Below, in pieces: positions 42,861 to 52,571 of a stretch of 64,000 bases of DNA. The notes below the pieces were generated by a model that saw only the letters and a program-made list of their open reading frames with translations, ran no database searches and was not told the DNA's origin. The position numbers were made by a program, and so were the translations under genes. Source of the DNA: Polyangiales bacterium (GTDB lineage Bacteria; Myxococcota_A; Polyangia; Polyangiales; Ga0077539); NCBI GenBank assembly GCA_044229975.1, contig JBGARZ010000001.1, positions 128,001-192,000 of the forward strand, read 5' to 3'. Position 1 is the first letter of the stretch. The number at the start of each line of letters is the position of its first letter.

Positions 42861-42966
42861 GCCTGAGGTTCGGAGTAGGCGTCGTGGCGACGCGAGGCGC
42901 TCGTCATCGGTCCTCACCCACGCCGCCAACACCGACTCCGCATCCCGGGGCGACCGCGGGACCTAC
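42861..42966. repeat. Degenerate third copy of the IR end plus two inverted GTAG-footed REP-like palindromes
   Basis: gcctgaggttcggagtaggcg resembles the IR terminus; GTAG-GCGTCG-tgg-CGACGC at 42875-42893; on the minus strand GTAG-GTCCCG..CGGGAT starts at 42966. Confidence 0.55.
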
Positions 42967-42977
42967 GCGTCGTCGAG

Positions 42978-43166
42978 GGAGCGCCCACCCACGTCGACCC
43001 AACGCGCCTCACCGTCGCGCAGCGACGGGGCACCGGCCTACGTCCCGGCGATCGCTGCCGACCGAGACTCGTTCGAAGAGGGGACCGAGGGTTCCGGTCG
43101 ACCTGAGTGGGTGCCGCGTCGCTGCGCGACGGTGAGGCATGCTGGGTCGACGTCACTGGGCGCTCC
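42978..43166. repeat. Second long inverted repeat: 57-bp arms, 7 mismatches, 75-bp spacer
   Basis: 42978-43034 pairs with 43110-43166; each arm holds an internal palindrome cgtcgc-N3-gcgacg. Confidence 0.85.
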
Positions 43167-43179
43167 TGCGACTGCCAGG

Positions 43180-45381
43180 CTATGGGGCGAGCGCGGCCCG
43201 GAGGCGGTGGAGCAGCGCCCCGTGGCGCTCGACGACCCGGCGGGTGCTGACGGCCATCTCCAGCGCCTTCTTGCTCCCGACGATGACCACGAGGCGGCGC
43301 GCGCGGGTGATGGCCGTGTAGAGCAGCGCCCGGTTGAGCAGCACGAAGTGCGAGGTGTGCAGCCCCAGCACGACGGCGTCGTACTCGGACCCCTGCACCT
43401 TGTGCACGGTGGTCGCGTAGGCGAGCGCGAGGCTGTCGACGGCGTCGTCGGCGTAGCGCACCTCCCGGCCGTCGATGCGGACGGTGACGGTCTTCTCGTC
43501 GATGCTCTCGATGAGGCCGACGTCGCCGTTGGAGACGTCGAGGTCGTAGTCGTTGCGGAGCTGCATCACCTTGTCGCCCACCGAGAAGCCGCGCCGACCG
43601 CGCACGGCCTGTGGGTTGAGCGCGGCCTGCAACGCCTCGTTGAGCTTCTGCGCCCCGATGGGTCCGCGGTGCGTCGGAACGATCACCTGCACCGACCGCA
43701 TCGGGTCGAGACCGAACGACCGCGGGATGTGCTTCGCCACCGTCTCCACCAGCACGCGCGCGGCCTCCTCGCCGTCGTCGCGGTAGACGATGAAGAGTTC
43801 ACCCGCCGGGCCCCGCGGGGCGTCGCCCTCCGCCGTCTGTCCGCGCGGCGCGGAGCTCTTCGGAACCTCCCCCCGCAGCACCTCGTACGCCCCCCGAACG
43901 ATCGCGCTCTCGGCCGCCTGACGAAACACCTCCGTCAGCCGCACCGCCGTCACTTCAGGCACCTTGAGCAGGTCGGCCAGCACCGTGCCCGGTCCCACCG
44001 GCGGGAGCTGATCGGCGTCGCCCACGAGCACCAGCCGCGCACCCGAGCGCAGCGCGTTGACGAGGTGCGACGCGAGCTGAACGTCGACCATCGACGCCTC
44101 GTCGACGAGCACGAGGTCGGCGTCGAGCGGTGAGCTGCGGTCGCGGGCGAAGCGCTGGATGCGCGGCGACCAGTCGAGCAGCCGATGGATCGTCGATGCC
44201 GGGTGGTGAGTCGCCTCCGACAAGCGACGCGCGGCGCGCCCCGTCGGCGCGGCGAGCAGCACCTTGTGCCCCGCCGCTTGATGCAAGCGAACGAGCGCCA
44301 GCACCGTCGTCGTCTTGCCGGTGCCGGGTCCGCCGGTGAGCACCAGAACGCCCGCCGTCATGCTCGCCTCGACGGCCGAGCGCTGCTTCGCGTTGAGCTG
44401 GTCGAGGGCCGCGCGCACCTCGGGCACCGCGAGAGCCTCGCGGCGCACGGGCTTGAGCGGACGGGTGATCTGCGCGGCGAGGTCGCGGGCGAGGCGCACC
44501 TCGGCGTCGTAGAGCGGCGGCGGATAGATGAGGTCGAGGTCGCGGATGACCGTGCGCCGCAGCGCGAGCTCGGCGAGGGCGGTGTGCACCGACGGCTGCG
44601 GGATGGAGAAGCGATCGGCCAGCACAGCGAGCTCGTCGGGCGGCAGCGCGGTGTGCCCGTCGTCGATCGCTTCGAGCAGTAGAAACAGCGTGGCCCCCGC
44701 GATGCGACGCGGGTCGTCGGCCTGGACGCCCTGGGCCCGCGCGATGGCGTCGGCGGTGAGAAAGCCGATGCCCTTCACCTCTTCGGCGAGGCGGTAGGGG
44801 TTCTCCCGCACGATGGTGGAGGACTCGACGCCGAAGCGTTCCCAGATGCGTCGCGCGAGGCCGGGGCCGACATTGAGCCCGGCGAGGAAGCTCCGCGTCT
44901 CGACCTCCGCGCGCCGCACGCGAAACACCTCCTGGATGCGCTGCGCCCGACGCGCGCCGATGCCCTCGACCTCGCCCAGTCGCTCGGGGTGGTCGGCGAT
45001 GACGTCGAGCGTGGACGCCCCGAAGCGCTCGACGATGCGGTGCGCGAGCTTCGGCCCGATGTCCTTCACGAAGCCCGACCCCAGCAGCCGAGCGATGCCT
45101 TCGGCGCTCGTGGGCATCTCGGGGATCCACGTCTCCACCTTCAACTGCGGGCCGTGCGAGGCGTGGCGCTCCCAGCGCCCGGTGACGCGCATCGACTCGC
45201 CCGGCGACACGTCCCCGAGGGCGCCGGTGATCACCACGTCCTCGCCGTGCGGCATGGTCAGCCGCAGCACCGAGTAGCGCTTGTCGTCGGTGCGGTAGAC
45301 CACGCCCTTCACCGTCCCGCGAACCGTCACCACGCCATCCGGCAGGAGCTGGGTGTTGGGGAGGAGCGGGTTGTCGTTCAT
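43180..45381 (-). CDS. recD2: ATP-dependent RecD-like DNA helicase
   Basis: N-terminal OB and HhH regions (GIG..RA, ENPY.L..V.GIGF..AD); GGPGTGKTT, APTGRAA, DEASM, VGD.DQL and YA.TVHK.QGSE. Confidence 0.95.
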   Translation of the reverse strand: MNDNPLLPNTQLLPDGVVTVRGTVKGVVYRTDDKRYSVLRLTMPHGEDVVITGALGDVSPGESMRVTGRWERHASHGPQLKVETWIPEMPTSAEGIARLLGSGFVKDIGPKLAHRIVERFGASTLDVIADHPERLGEVEGIGARRAQRIQEVFRVRRAEVETRSFLAGLNVGPGLARRIWERFGVESSTIVRENPYRLAEEVKGIGFLTADAIARAQGVQADDPRRIAGATLFLLLEAIDDGHTALPPDELAVLADRFSIPQPSVHTALAELALRRTVIRDLDLIYPPPLYDAEVRLARDLAAQITRPLKPVRREALAVPEVRAALDQLNAKQRSAVEASMTAGVLVLTGGPGTGKTTTVLALVRLHQAAGHKVLLAAPTGRAARRLSEATHHPASTIHRLLDWSPRIQRFARDRSSPLDADLVLVDEASMVDVQLASHLVNALRSGARLVLVGDADQLPPVGPGTVLADLLKVPEVTAVRLTEVFRQAAESAIVRGAYEVLRGEVPKSSAPRGQTAEGDAPRGPAGELFIVYRDDGEEAARVLVETVAKHIPRSFGLDPMRSVQVIVPTHRGPIGAQKLNEALQAALNPQAVRGRRGFSVGDKVMQLRNDYDLDVSNGDVGLIESIDEKTVTVRIDGREVRYADDAVDSLALAYATTVHKVQGSEYDAVVLGLHTSHFVLLNRALLYTAITRARRLVVIVGSKKALEMAVSTRRVVERHGALLHRLRAALAP

Positions 45382-45519
45382 GCGCGCGGTCATGACGGGA
45401 CTTCGCCGTGATTGTTGCCACATCCCGGCCCGCCGCGGGGATCATCGTGGTCATACGCTGTCCGGTATGGCGGCCGGGCTTGTGCCGACCCGACGCGAGG
45501 GCGTAGTGGAAGCGCCACC

Positions 45520-46278
45520 GTGCACGCGTCACCCTGGCTCCCGCTGCTCCTCGTCGCCACCGCCCACTGCCTCGCGGGCTGCGACGACGGCACGACCCCA
45601 ATCCCCATCGACGACGCCGGCGCGCTCGATGTCGGCACCGCGATGGACGTCGCGACCGTCGACCAGGGCCCGCCGGTGCTCGACAGCGGGTGCCCGACCC
45701 CGCAGCGCATCACTCCCTCGGAGGTCCCGTCGAGCGGCTTCCTGCCGTCGGTGAACGTTCGCTACATCCGCACGGTCGACGGTGATACGGCGCACTTCAG
45801 CTTCCCCATCCTCGGCGAGACCACGGTGCGCTTCCTCTGGGTCAATACCGAGGAGTCACACGCGGTTCCCGCCTCGAAGAACACCGCCTTCGGCATCGCC
45901 ACCGCCGCCACCGTGACGCGGTACTTCTCCGGCGAGCACACCTTCAGCGTGACCCGACAGGCCGACGCGCGGATGCCGACCAACCCCGCGCTCGACCCCT
46001 ACAACCGCTCGCTCGCTCTCGTCTTCATGGACGGTGAGCTCTTCCAGCAGCGGCTCGTTCGCGAGGGGCTCAGCGCCTACTACACCGACTTCGGCTGCGC
46101 GCCGGAGCCCATCCACAGCGCGCTGCTCAACGCCGAGGCCGAGGCCCGCGCCAACCGCCGCGGCATCTGGGCGCCGGGCCACCCCACCGACTACGCCGAG
46201 GTCTTCTCCCGCTGGATCGGCACCGGCACCCGCGCCTGCCGCCCCAACCCCTTCCGCAACCAGCCCTACTGCCGCTGA
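45520..46278 (+). CDS. Thermonuclease (SNase) family lipoprotein
   Basis: Lipobox LAGC; VDGDT, VRFLWVNTEE, DPYNRSLA, LVREGL and AEAEAR..RRGIW. Confidence 0.88.
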   Translation: MHASPWLPLLLVATAHCLAGCDDGTTPIPIDDAGALDVGTAMDVATVDQGPPVLDSGCPTPQRITPSEVPSSGFLPSVNVRYIRTVDGDTAHFSFPILGETTVRFLWVNTEESHAVPASKNTAFGIATAATVTRYFSGEHTFSVTRQADARMPTNPALDPYNRSLALVFMDGELFQQRLVREGLSAYYTDFGCAPEPIHSALLNAEAEARANRRGIWAPGHPTDYAEVFSRWIGTGTRACRPNPFRNQPYCR

Positions 46279-46281
46279 TCG

Positions 46282-47883
46282 CTACCGGGCGTTGACCCCA
46301 CCCGGCGACGATCGTCCGTCGCGCGCAAACACCCACGACGCCGGGTCTTCCTCGTCGAGTTCCACATCGGCGCGCACGGCGCTCACGCCCTCGCGCGGTA
46401 GCAGCTCTGTCGCCGACCCCGGGTAGCGGCTCACCACCACGCCCGTGGCCGTCAGCAGCGTGAGGTCGGCCCCGGTGTCGCGCAGCCCACGGCCCGCAAG
46501 ACTCCCGCGCACCACGATCACCTGCGCTCCCGCCTGCACCGCCGGGTCGTCCGACCGCTCGACACCCCTCGGATCGAAGGTCGCGCCGACGAGCACCGCC
46601 CTCCCCCGCCCCGCGATGCGCGCGCCCGTCGGCAGCGTCGATCGGGCACCGCCTCCGTCGAGCACCCAACCCTCCAGCGACACCGCCGCCTCGTCGTCGT
46701 TGATGAGCTCCACGAACTCCTGTGCGCTCGAACTGTGCGGCCGCGCCAGCACCTCGTCGACGCGCACCCGCGGGGCGGCGTCCATGGTCGTCACGGTTCC
46801 TTCGCGGGCGTCGCGCATGCGCCCGGCGACGTCCCACGCCTCCAACCGCCATCGCAGCTCGCTCGCGCTGGGCAGGCCCGTCACCCGCAGTTGGTGCGTC
46901 GTACCGAGTGCTCCGACCGATGCCCAACGCCACCGACCGTCGGTCACCGCCAGGCGCACGATGGCGTGGGCCGTCGTCGCCGCGCGCATCACCACCGCGC
47001 GATCGCTGCGCTCCAGGCACGCGCCTGCTGCGGCGATCTCACCCGTCGCGCACACGACGCCATCGACGAGAGACACCGCCGTCCTCTGCGGCGGCCCCGC
47101 GATCAGCCGCCACGGAACCTCCTCCGCCGCCGTTGCCGTTCGCGACACGACGCCCGTCACGCGCCACGCGTAGGTCACTCCCGCGTGCAGCGGTCGCATC
47201 GGCGTCACCCGCAGCACCCGCGCGAGCCCATCGGCGGTCACGGCGTCGGCCTCCGTGCGCGTGGTCACGACGGTGCGGTCGTCACCGACGAGCGTGACGG
47301 CGTCGGCGCGCAGCACGCGCACGGGGCGATCGGCGCGCAGCCAGAGCGTCGCGACGTCGGTGTCGAGGGGTGCATCGGTGATGGCAGGCGTGAGCACGGG
47401 CCCAGCCTCGGCGGCGTCGATGACCCGCATGGCGACGCCCATTCCCTGGAGTCCGCCGTCCGCGTCTTCGATGAGGGGTCGACCCTGGGCGGAGCGGGTT
47501 CGCTCACTGAAAACGAGCGTGAGTGGAGTGGACGGCGGGAGCACCTCGGCGGCGCTGAGGGTCCATCGCGAGGGCTGCGCGGGGTCGGGGAGAACCCGCA
47601 AGGACACGCGGTTGGCGAGGCGCCCGAGGGAGACCACACCGTCACGCGCGTCGGCCACGAGCGCGGTCGAAGTGGGCTCGCGGAAGAGCATCACGGAGGA
47701 GGGTTCGGGCGGCGCCATGGCGCGGTCGAACTGGAGGGTGATGGCAGGGACGCGCGGGACGGCGTCGAGGGAGCCGGCGTTGGCGCGGAGGCTGGTGATC
47801 TGTGGGGGGTTGGTGTTGGCCGGGGGTTCGAGGTCGAGGCACCCGACGGAGGCGAGGAGGAGGAGAGCTTTGGGTCGCAACAT
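46282..47883 (-). CDS. Lipoprotein with Ig-like domains and C-terminal lamin-tail domain
   Basis: Lipobox SVGC; I.LQFDRAM; V.VDEVLA.P....EFVELIN.....SL.GW.L; ends SPG..N. Confidence 0.8.
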   Translation of the reverse strand: MLRPKALLLLASVGCLDLEPPANTNPPQITSLRANAGSLDAVPRVPAITLQFDRAMAPPEPSSVMLFREPTSTALVADARDGVVSLGRLANRVSLRVLPDPAQPSRWTLSAAEVLPPSTPLTLVFSERTRSAQGRPLIEDADGGLQGMGVAMRVIDAAEAGPVLTPAITDAPLDTDVATLWLRADRPVRVLRADAVTLVGDDRTVVTTRTEADAVTADGLARVLRVTPMRPLHAGVTYAWRVTGVVSRTATAAEEVPWRLIAGPPQRTAVSLVDGVVCATGEIAAAGACLERSDRAVVMRAATTAHAIVRLAVTDGRWRWASVGALGTTHQLRVTGLPSASELRWRLEAWDVAGRMRDAREGTVTTMDAAPRVRVDEVLARPHSSSAQEFVELINDDEAAVSLEGWVLDGGGARSTLPTGARIAGRGRAVLVGATFDPRGVERSDDPAVQAGAQVIVVRGSLAGRGLRDTGADLTLLTATGVVVSRYPGSATELLPREGVSAVRADVELDEEDPASWVFARDGRSSPGGVNAR

Positions 47884-47917
47884 GGGCGCTTGTCGGCGCC
47901 CGTGAGGGAGAGGTTTC

Positions 47918-48880
47918 CTACCAGTTCCAACTCGGCGGAAGGTGGATGTTTCCGGGGAGGCCGCGGGTCTGGAGGAGGGCCGCGAGGTCCATGGAGACCG
48001 CGACCGTGACGTGGATGAGGAAGCCCGACCAGATGGAGCGGGTCTTGAGCGCGAGGGTGCCGAGCACCACGCCCGCGAGGATGGCCGCGAGCGCCTCGGC
48101 CCAGGGCTTACCGAAGTGGATCATGCAGTACGGCACCACCATCGCGACGACGACGGAGGAGCCCATGGCCTCGCGCCCGGCCGACACCATGAAGCCGCGG
48201 AAGAAGAACTCCAGCGTGAAGAACTGCGTCGCGTAGAGCAGCTCCCACAGGAAGAAGTCCTTCCACGAGCGGTTGGCCAGCCGATAGAACGGGTAGTAGT
48301 TCGAGAACTCGCCGGTCTGCGAGACGATGACCACCGCGACCAGGACGATGCCGAAGAAGAGCGCGTAGATCCACGCGTGCGAGAGGAAGCCGCGGAGCCT
48401 CAGCCCGTAGTCGCGGAAGCGCTCGCGCCGCCAGAACATCAAGATGATCGCGGGCACGATGAAGTACCCGAGCGAGCGGGTGAACGACCAGTACGTGAGC
48501 CCGGCGAGCTCTTCGTAGCGCGTGGAGACGGCCCACCGCAGCGGCTTGAGAATCTGGAGGTGATGCGTCGCCGGGCCGCGCGGGCCGCCGCCCCAGTCGA
48601 TGACGAAGCCGCGGGTCTGGAGCGTGACGAGGGTCGCGCGGTCGCCGAAGTACTCCTGGAAGGTGAGCACCACGGCGGCCACGAGGTAGGCCACCCACGG
48701 GCGGGCGTCGATGCCGAGACCGTCGGCCTCGCGCTGGGCGCGAGCGGCGTTGGCGGCGCGATCGACCTCGCGCCACGTCTCCAGGAAGAAGCGCTTGGGG
48801 TGCAGCTCATGGAGCTTCTTGCGCGCGAGCACCGCGACGATGACGACGTACGCGAGGGCGCCGAGGAGGAGGACCTTCAC
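47918..48880 (-). CDS. CPBP (CAAX/Abi) family intramembrane glutamic endopeptidase
   Basis: Multi-TM; LEFFFRG, HFGKP..E and RSIW.G..IH. Confidence 0.88.
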   Translation of the reverse strand: MKVLLLGALAYVVIVAVLARKKLHELHPKRFFLETWREVDRAANAARAQREADGLGIDARPWVAYLVAAVVLTFQEYFGDRATLVTLQTRGFVIDWGGGPRGPATHHLQILKPLRWAVSTRYEELAGLTYWSFTRSLGYFIVPAIILMFWRRERFRDYGLRLRGFLSHAWIYALFFGIVLVAVVIVSQTGEFSNYYPFYRLANRSWKDFFLWELLYATQFFTLEFFFRGFMVSAGREAMGSSVVVAMVVPYCMIHFGKPWAEALAAILAGVVLGTLALKTRSIWSGFLIHVTVAVSMDLAALLQTRGLPGNIHLPPSWNW

Positions 48881-48893
48881 GGGGTGTGGTGAC

Positions 48894-50336
48894 TCACAGG
48901 GCCGCGGCAGAGCGCAGACGACGAACGCTGACGTCGCGACCGAGCACGGCCATGACCTCGAAGAGACCCGGCGACGCGGTGCGCCCGGTGAGGGCGACGC
49001 GCGCGGGCTGGGCGACGGTCTTGATCTCAAGCGAGCGCGACGCGAGCCACGCCTCGACCGCCGCGGTGATACCCGCCTCGGTAAAGTCGGGCACCGCCTC
49101 GATCACGTCGGCGATGTCGCGCAGGTGCCCGCGGGCCTCGTCGGTGATGAACTTCGCCACCGCCGCCGGGTCGAGCGCGATGGTCTCCTGGAAGTAGAAG
49201 GCCATGCCCTCGGCCGCATCGAGCAGACGCGCCGAGCGGGTCTTGAGCGTGCGCGCCGCGGGCACGAGCCGCGGGTCGTCGGCCGCGACGGTGACGCCGA
49301 CGCGCGCGAGGAAGGGGTGCACCGCCGCCGCGAAGGACTCGTCGGACATGAGCTTGAGGTGCTCGCCGCTGATCCAGAGGGCCTTCTTGATGTTGAAGCG
49401 GCCGTCGACGGAGCCGCACTGCGCCCAGTCGAACTTCTCGATGAGCTCGGCGCGGGTGAAAATCTCTTGATCGCCCGATGACCAGCCGAAGCGCGCGACG
49501 AGGTTGAGCACCGCGTCGGGCAGCCAACCCTTCTCGCGGTAGCGCTCCACGGGCACATCGATGCCCTGCTCGTCGCCGAGCCGCTTGGACATCTTCTTCC
49601 CGTCGGGGATGAGCATCATCGGCATGTGCGCGAACTCGGGCAGCGCCGCGCCCAGCGCCTCGTACACGACGATCTGCTTGGGCGTGTTGATGATGTGGTC
49701 GCTGCCACGCGCCACGAGGTTGATGCCCATGGCGATGTCGTCGACCACCGCGCCGAAGTTGTAGAGCGGCACGCCGTCCGAGCGCAGCAGGACGAAGTCG
49801 TCGATGGTGCTGTTCTGCGTCTTGATGGACCCGTAGACCTTGTCGACGAACTCGGTCGTGCCCCGCAGCGGCGTCTTCACGCGGATGACGTACGGCGCGC
49901 CAGGGATCCAGTCGGCCTCGGTCTTGTCGCGCCAGAGGCGCGGGTACATGAAGCCCTTGCGGTCCTTCTCGGGGGTGGCCGCGCGCAGCGCCTCGATCTC
50001 CTCGGGCGTCGCATAGCAGCGGTACGCCTTGCCCTCGCTGACGAGGCGATCGGCCTCGCGCTTGTAGAGGTCGAGCCGCTGCATCTGGAAGTACGGCCCG
50101 TGGGGGCCGCCGACCTCCGGGCCCTCGTCCCAGTCGAGTCCCAGCCAGCGCATCGAGTCGAGGATGATACGGGTCGACTCGTCGGTGGAGCGCGCCTGGT
50201 CGGTGTCCTCGATGCGCAGCACGAAGGTGCCGCCCATCTTGCGGGCCCAAAGCCAGTTGAAGAGCGCCGTGCGGGCGCCACCGATGTGGAGGTAGCCCGT
50301 GGGCGAAGGCGCAAAACGAACGCGTGGCTTGTCCAT
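48894..50336 (-). CDS. gltX: Glutamate--tRNA ligase
   Basis: RFAPSPTGYLHIGG, LRIEDTD and KMSKR; anticodon-binding domain (RVALTG..SPGL). Confidence 0.97.
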   Translation of the reverse strand: MDKPRVRFAPSPTGYLHIGGARTALFNWLWARKMGGTFVLRIEDTDQARSTDESTRIILDSMRWLGLDWDEGPEVGGPHGPYFQMQRLDLYKREADRLVSEGKAYRCYATPEEIEALRAATPEKDRKGFMYPRLWRDKTEADWIPGAPYVIRVKTPLRGTTEFVDKVYGSIKTQNSTIDDFVLLRSDGVPLYNFGAVVDDIAMGINLVARGSDHIINTPKQIVVYEALGAALPEFAHMPMMLIPDGKKMSKRLGDEQGIDVPVERYREKGWLPDAVLNLVARFGWSSGDQEIFTRAELIEKFDWAQCGSVDGRFNIKKALWISGEHLKLMSDESFAAAVHPFLARVGVTVAADDPRLVPAARTLKTRSARLLDAAEGMAFYFQETIALDPAAVAKFITDEARGHLRDIADVIEAVPDFTEAGITAAVEAWLASRSLEIKTVAQPARVALTGRTASPGLFEVMAVLGRDVSVRRLRSAAAL

Positions 50337-50503
50337 GACGAAGGGTTCGTCAGGTACCGGGAGGCGCCCGCAGGGTCAAGCCGTCACGGCCGACCGGAGG
50401 TCTCGGATGGGCGCGCCGCGCGATCACACGTCGATCTCACAGCCGCACCTCAGGGCTTCCCCGCGGCGGCGAATCGGGGACACACTCGGCCCCGCCAACG
50501 CCC

Positions 50504-51550
50504 ATGGGGAACGATCCGTCACGCCCGCTCCGCCTGCACTCCGCTCGCTCCGTCGTGGCCGTCGCGGTGCTCGCGTTCGCCGGTCCCGCGCGCGCGCAGC
50601 TCGGCACCGACGCGGCCCGCCGCGCGCTGATCGAGGCCGCGAGGGGCGCCTCGCGCGATGGAGACCATGCCCGAGCGATCGAGCTGGCGACGCGGGCTGC
50701 CGCCATCCACACCACGCCGTCGCTCCGGTACTTCCTCGCGCGCGAGCACCTGAGCGTCGGGCACGCTGTCGAGGCGCTCGCGCTCGCCGGGGAGTGCGTC
50801 GCGAGGGCGCGCGACGACGCCGAGGTCCCGTCCCGCGAGGCGCTCCTCACCCGCTGCGAGGCGGTCGCGAGCGAGGCCGAGCAGGGCGTGGCGCGGCTCA
50901 CCGTGCGCGTCCCGTCGCCCGCGCCCGAGGGGTTGCGCGTCACCGTCGCGGGCGAGGCCCTCTCGGCGTCGCTCCTCGACGTGGCCGTCCCCGTCGCCCC
51001 GGGCTCGGTGGAGGTCATCGCGACCGCTCCGGGCAGGGTCGCCGCCCGCGCCACCGTCACGCTGGTCGCGGGCGCGCGCGATGCGGTCACGCTCGACCTT
51101 CCTCTCGAACCGCCACCGGCGGTCGCGCCGCCTCCGCCGCCTGCGCCAGTCGTCGTGCTCCCCGCGGTCGTCCCGCCTCCGCCCATGGCGCGTCCCGCTG
51201 CGCCGCCCACCGCCCGCCGGTCGCGCGTCGCGCCGTCGACGGCTGGCCCCTGGGTCGTCGGGGGCCTCGGGCTCGCGACTCTCGCGGCGGCGGGAGTGCT
51301 CGGCGGCATCGCGCTCGGCGCGCAGGCCGACCGCGACGCGGCGTGCCCGTCTCAGACAGACTGCGACCCGGTCGCCGCTAGCGAACACCACGCCCGGTAC
51401 AGGGACATGGCCCTTGGGGCCAACGTCGCGTTCGGCGTCGGCGCGGCGCTCGTCGTCGCGGGGGTCGGCTGGTGGGTGGGCGTCCACTTCGCGCGCCGCC
51501 GCCCCGCGCCGGTCTCGGCCTCCGCGGCGGGGCTCGTCCTGCGCTGGTGA
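50504..51550 (+). CDS. Secreted TPR + PEGA-like protein with C-terminal hydrophobic helices
   Basis: Signal (ARA-Q); TPR-like helices; beta domain LTVRV..V.V.G..VAPG...V.A.APG; Pro linker; two Gly-rich hydrophobic segments. Confidence 0.75.
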   Translation: MGNDPSRPLRLHSARSVVAVAVLAFAGPARAQLGTDAARRALIEAARGASRDGDHARAIELATRAAAIHTTPSLRYFLAREHLSVGHAVEALALAGECVARARDDAEVPSREALLTRCEAVASEAEQGVARLTVRVPSPAPEGLRVTVAGEALSASLLDVAVPVAPGSVEVIATAPGRVAARATVTLVAGARDAVTLDLPLEPPPAVAPPPPPAPVVVLPAVVPPPPMARPAAPPTARRSRVAPSTAGPWVVGGLGLATLAAAGVLGGIALGAQADRDAACPSQTDCDPVAASEHHARYRDMALGANVAFGVGAALVVAGVGWWVGVHFARRRPAPVSASAAGLVLRW

Positions 51551-51560
51551 GGCTCAGTCT

Positions 51561-52544
51561 CTAGTCGTCGGGCGGCGGGGCGCTCTGGACGTCGGCGCTC
51601 CCGTTCGAGGCGAGCTTCACCCGCAGCCCGCCACCGGTGCGGTCGAAGAACACGACCCGGTCGAGCCCGGCCTCGGCGAAGTCCTTCCGGATGCGCCAGA
51701 GCAGCGTGTTGATGTCGGTGCGCCCGGCGAGGCGCTTCGGCCACAGCCGCTCGGCGAGCACCTCGTCGGGGATCAGGTCGCCGACAGCAAACGGCGCGGG
51801 CGGACGCAGCAGGCAGGCGACGAGCTCGGCCCGCTTCTCGGCGAGGTACACCTTGCGCTCGCGGGCGCCCACCCGAAGCACCAGCCGCCCGCCGCGCGGC
51901 AGGAACGCCAACACCGCCGAGGTGACCAGCTCATCCACGACCGGCGAGTTCGTCGGCTTCGAGGGGTCACCGGGGAGCGCGAGGATGCGCAGCCAGGCGC
52001 CGCCGCACGCGATGCGATCGCCGCCCGAGAGGTCGATCATCTCGCCCGCCACGAGCGGCCGGTCGGTGCTCACGCCGTCGGCGAGCACCTCCAGCACGAG
52101 GCGCTCGCCGACCGCCTCCAGCGCCACGACGCCCGGCGTCCACTCCGGCACCACGAGGTCGTCGTCGGCGCCGCCACCGAGCACGAGCCGGGCGTTCGAG
52201 ACGCGCACCAGCACGCCCGCGCTCCGCTCGACGAACCAGTGGGTGTCGGGCTCGGCGCGCGAGCCAGTCCGCCGCAGCTCGAAGGCGTGGCCCGCCACCT
52301 CCAGGCGGTCGCCCTCCTGCATCCGCACGGCGCCCTCGCGCGGCGCGCCGTTGACGTGCACCGAGCGCGCGCCGAGAGTCACCACCTCGACGCCGCCCTC
52401 GACCACGCGGACGAGGGCATGGTGGCGGCTCACCCGCTCGTCGCGCAGGACGACGTCACAGTCGATGCTGCGCCCCAACAACACGCTCCCCGCGTCGAGG
52501 GGGATGCGGGTGCCGGCGGACTCGATCCAGTAGCGCTCTCTCAT
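51561..52544 (-). CDS. FHA-domain protein with C-terminal winged-helix DNA-binding domain
   Basis: FHA GRS..CD..L....VSR.HA..VNG; second degenerate FHA (LGGGADDDL); wHTH DEVLAERLW....INTLLWRIRK. Confidence 0.8.
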   Translation of the reverse strand: MRERYWIESAGTRIPLDAGSVLLGRSIDCDVVLRDERVSRHHALVRVVEGGVEVVTLGARSVHVNGAPREGAVRMQEGDRLEVAGHAFELRRTGSRAEPDTHWFVERSAGVLVRVSNARLVLGGGADDDLVVPEWTPGVVALEAVGERLVLEVLADGVSTDRPLVAGEMIDLSGGDRIACGGAWLRILALPGDPSKPTNSPVVDELVTSAVLAFLPRGGRLVLRVGARERKVYLAEKRAELVACLLRPPAPFAVGDLIPDEVLAERLWPKRLAGRTDINTLLWRIRKDFAEAGLDRVVFFDRTGGGLRVKLASNGSADVQSAPPPDD

Positions 52545-52571
52545 CGGGCACTCGGGGTCATGCGGCGTCCC

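Noticed and set aside
42457..43156. Short ORFs across the palindrome region, including near-identical MGGRSRKGARVAR starts on both strands
   Set aside because: The mirror-image peptides are a by-product of the inverted repeat. There is no RBS or family motif.
42638..43166. Possible CRISPR array or integron attC array
   Set aside because: The repeats are inverted, not direct with unique spacers. No cas or integrase gene is in the window and there are no intervening cassette ORFs.
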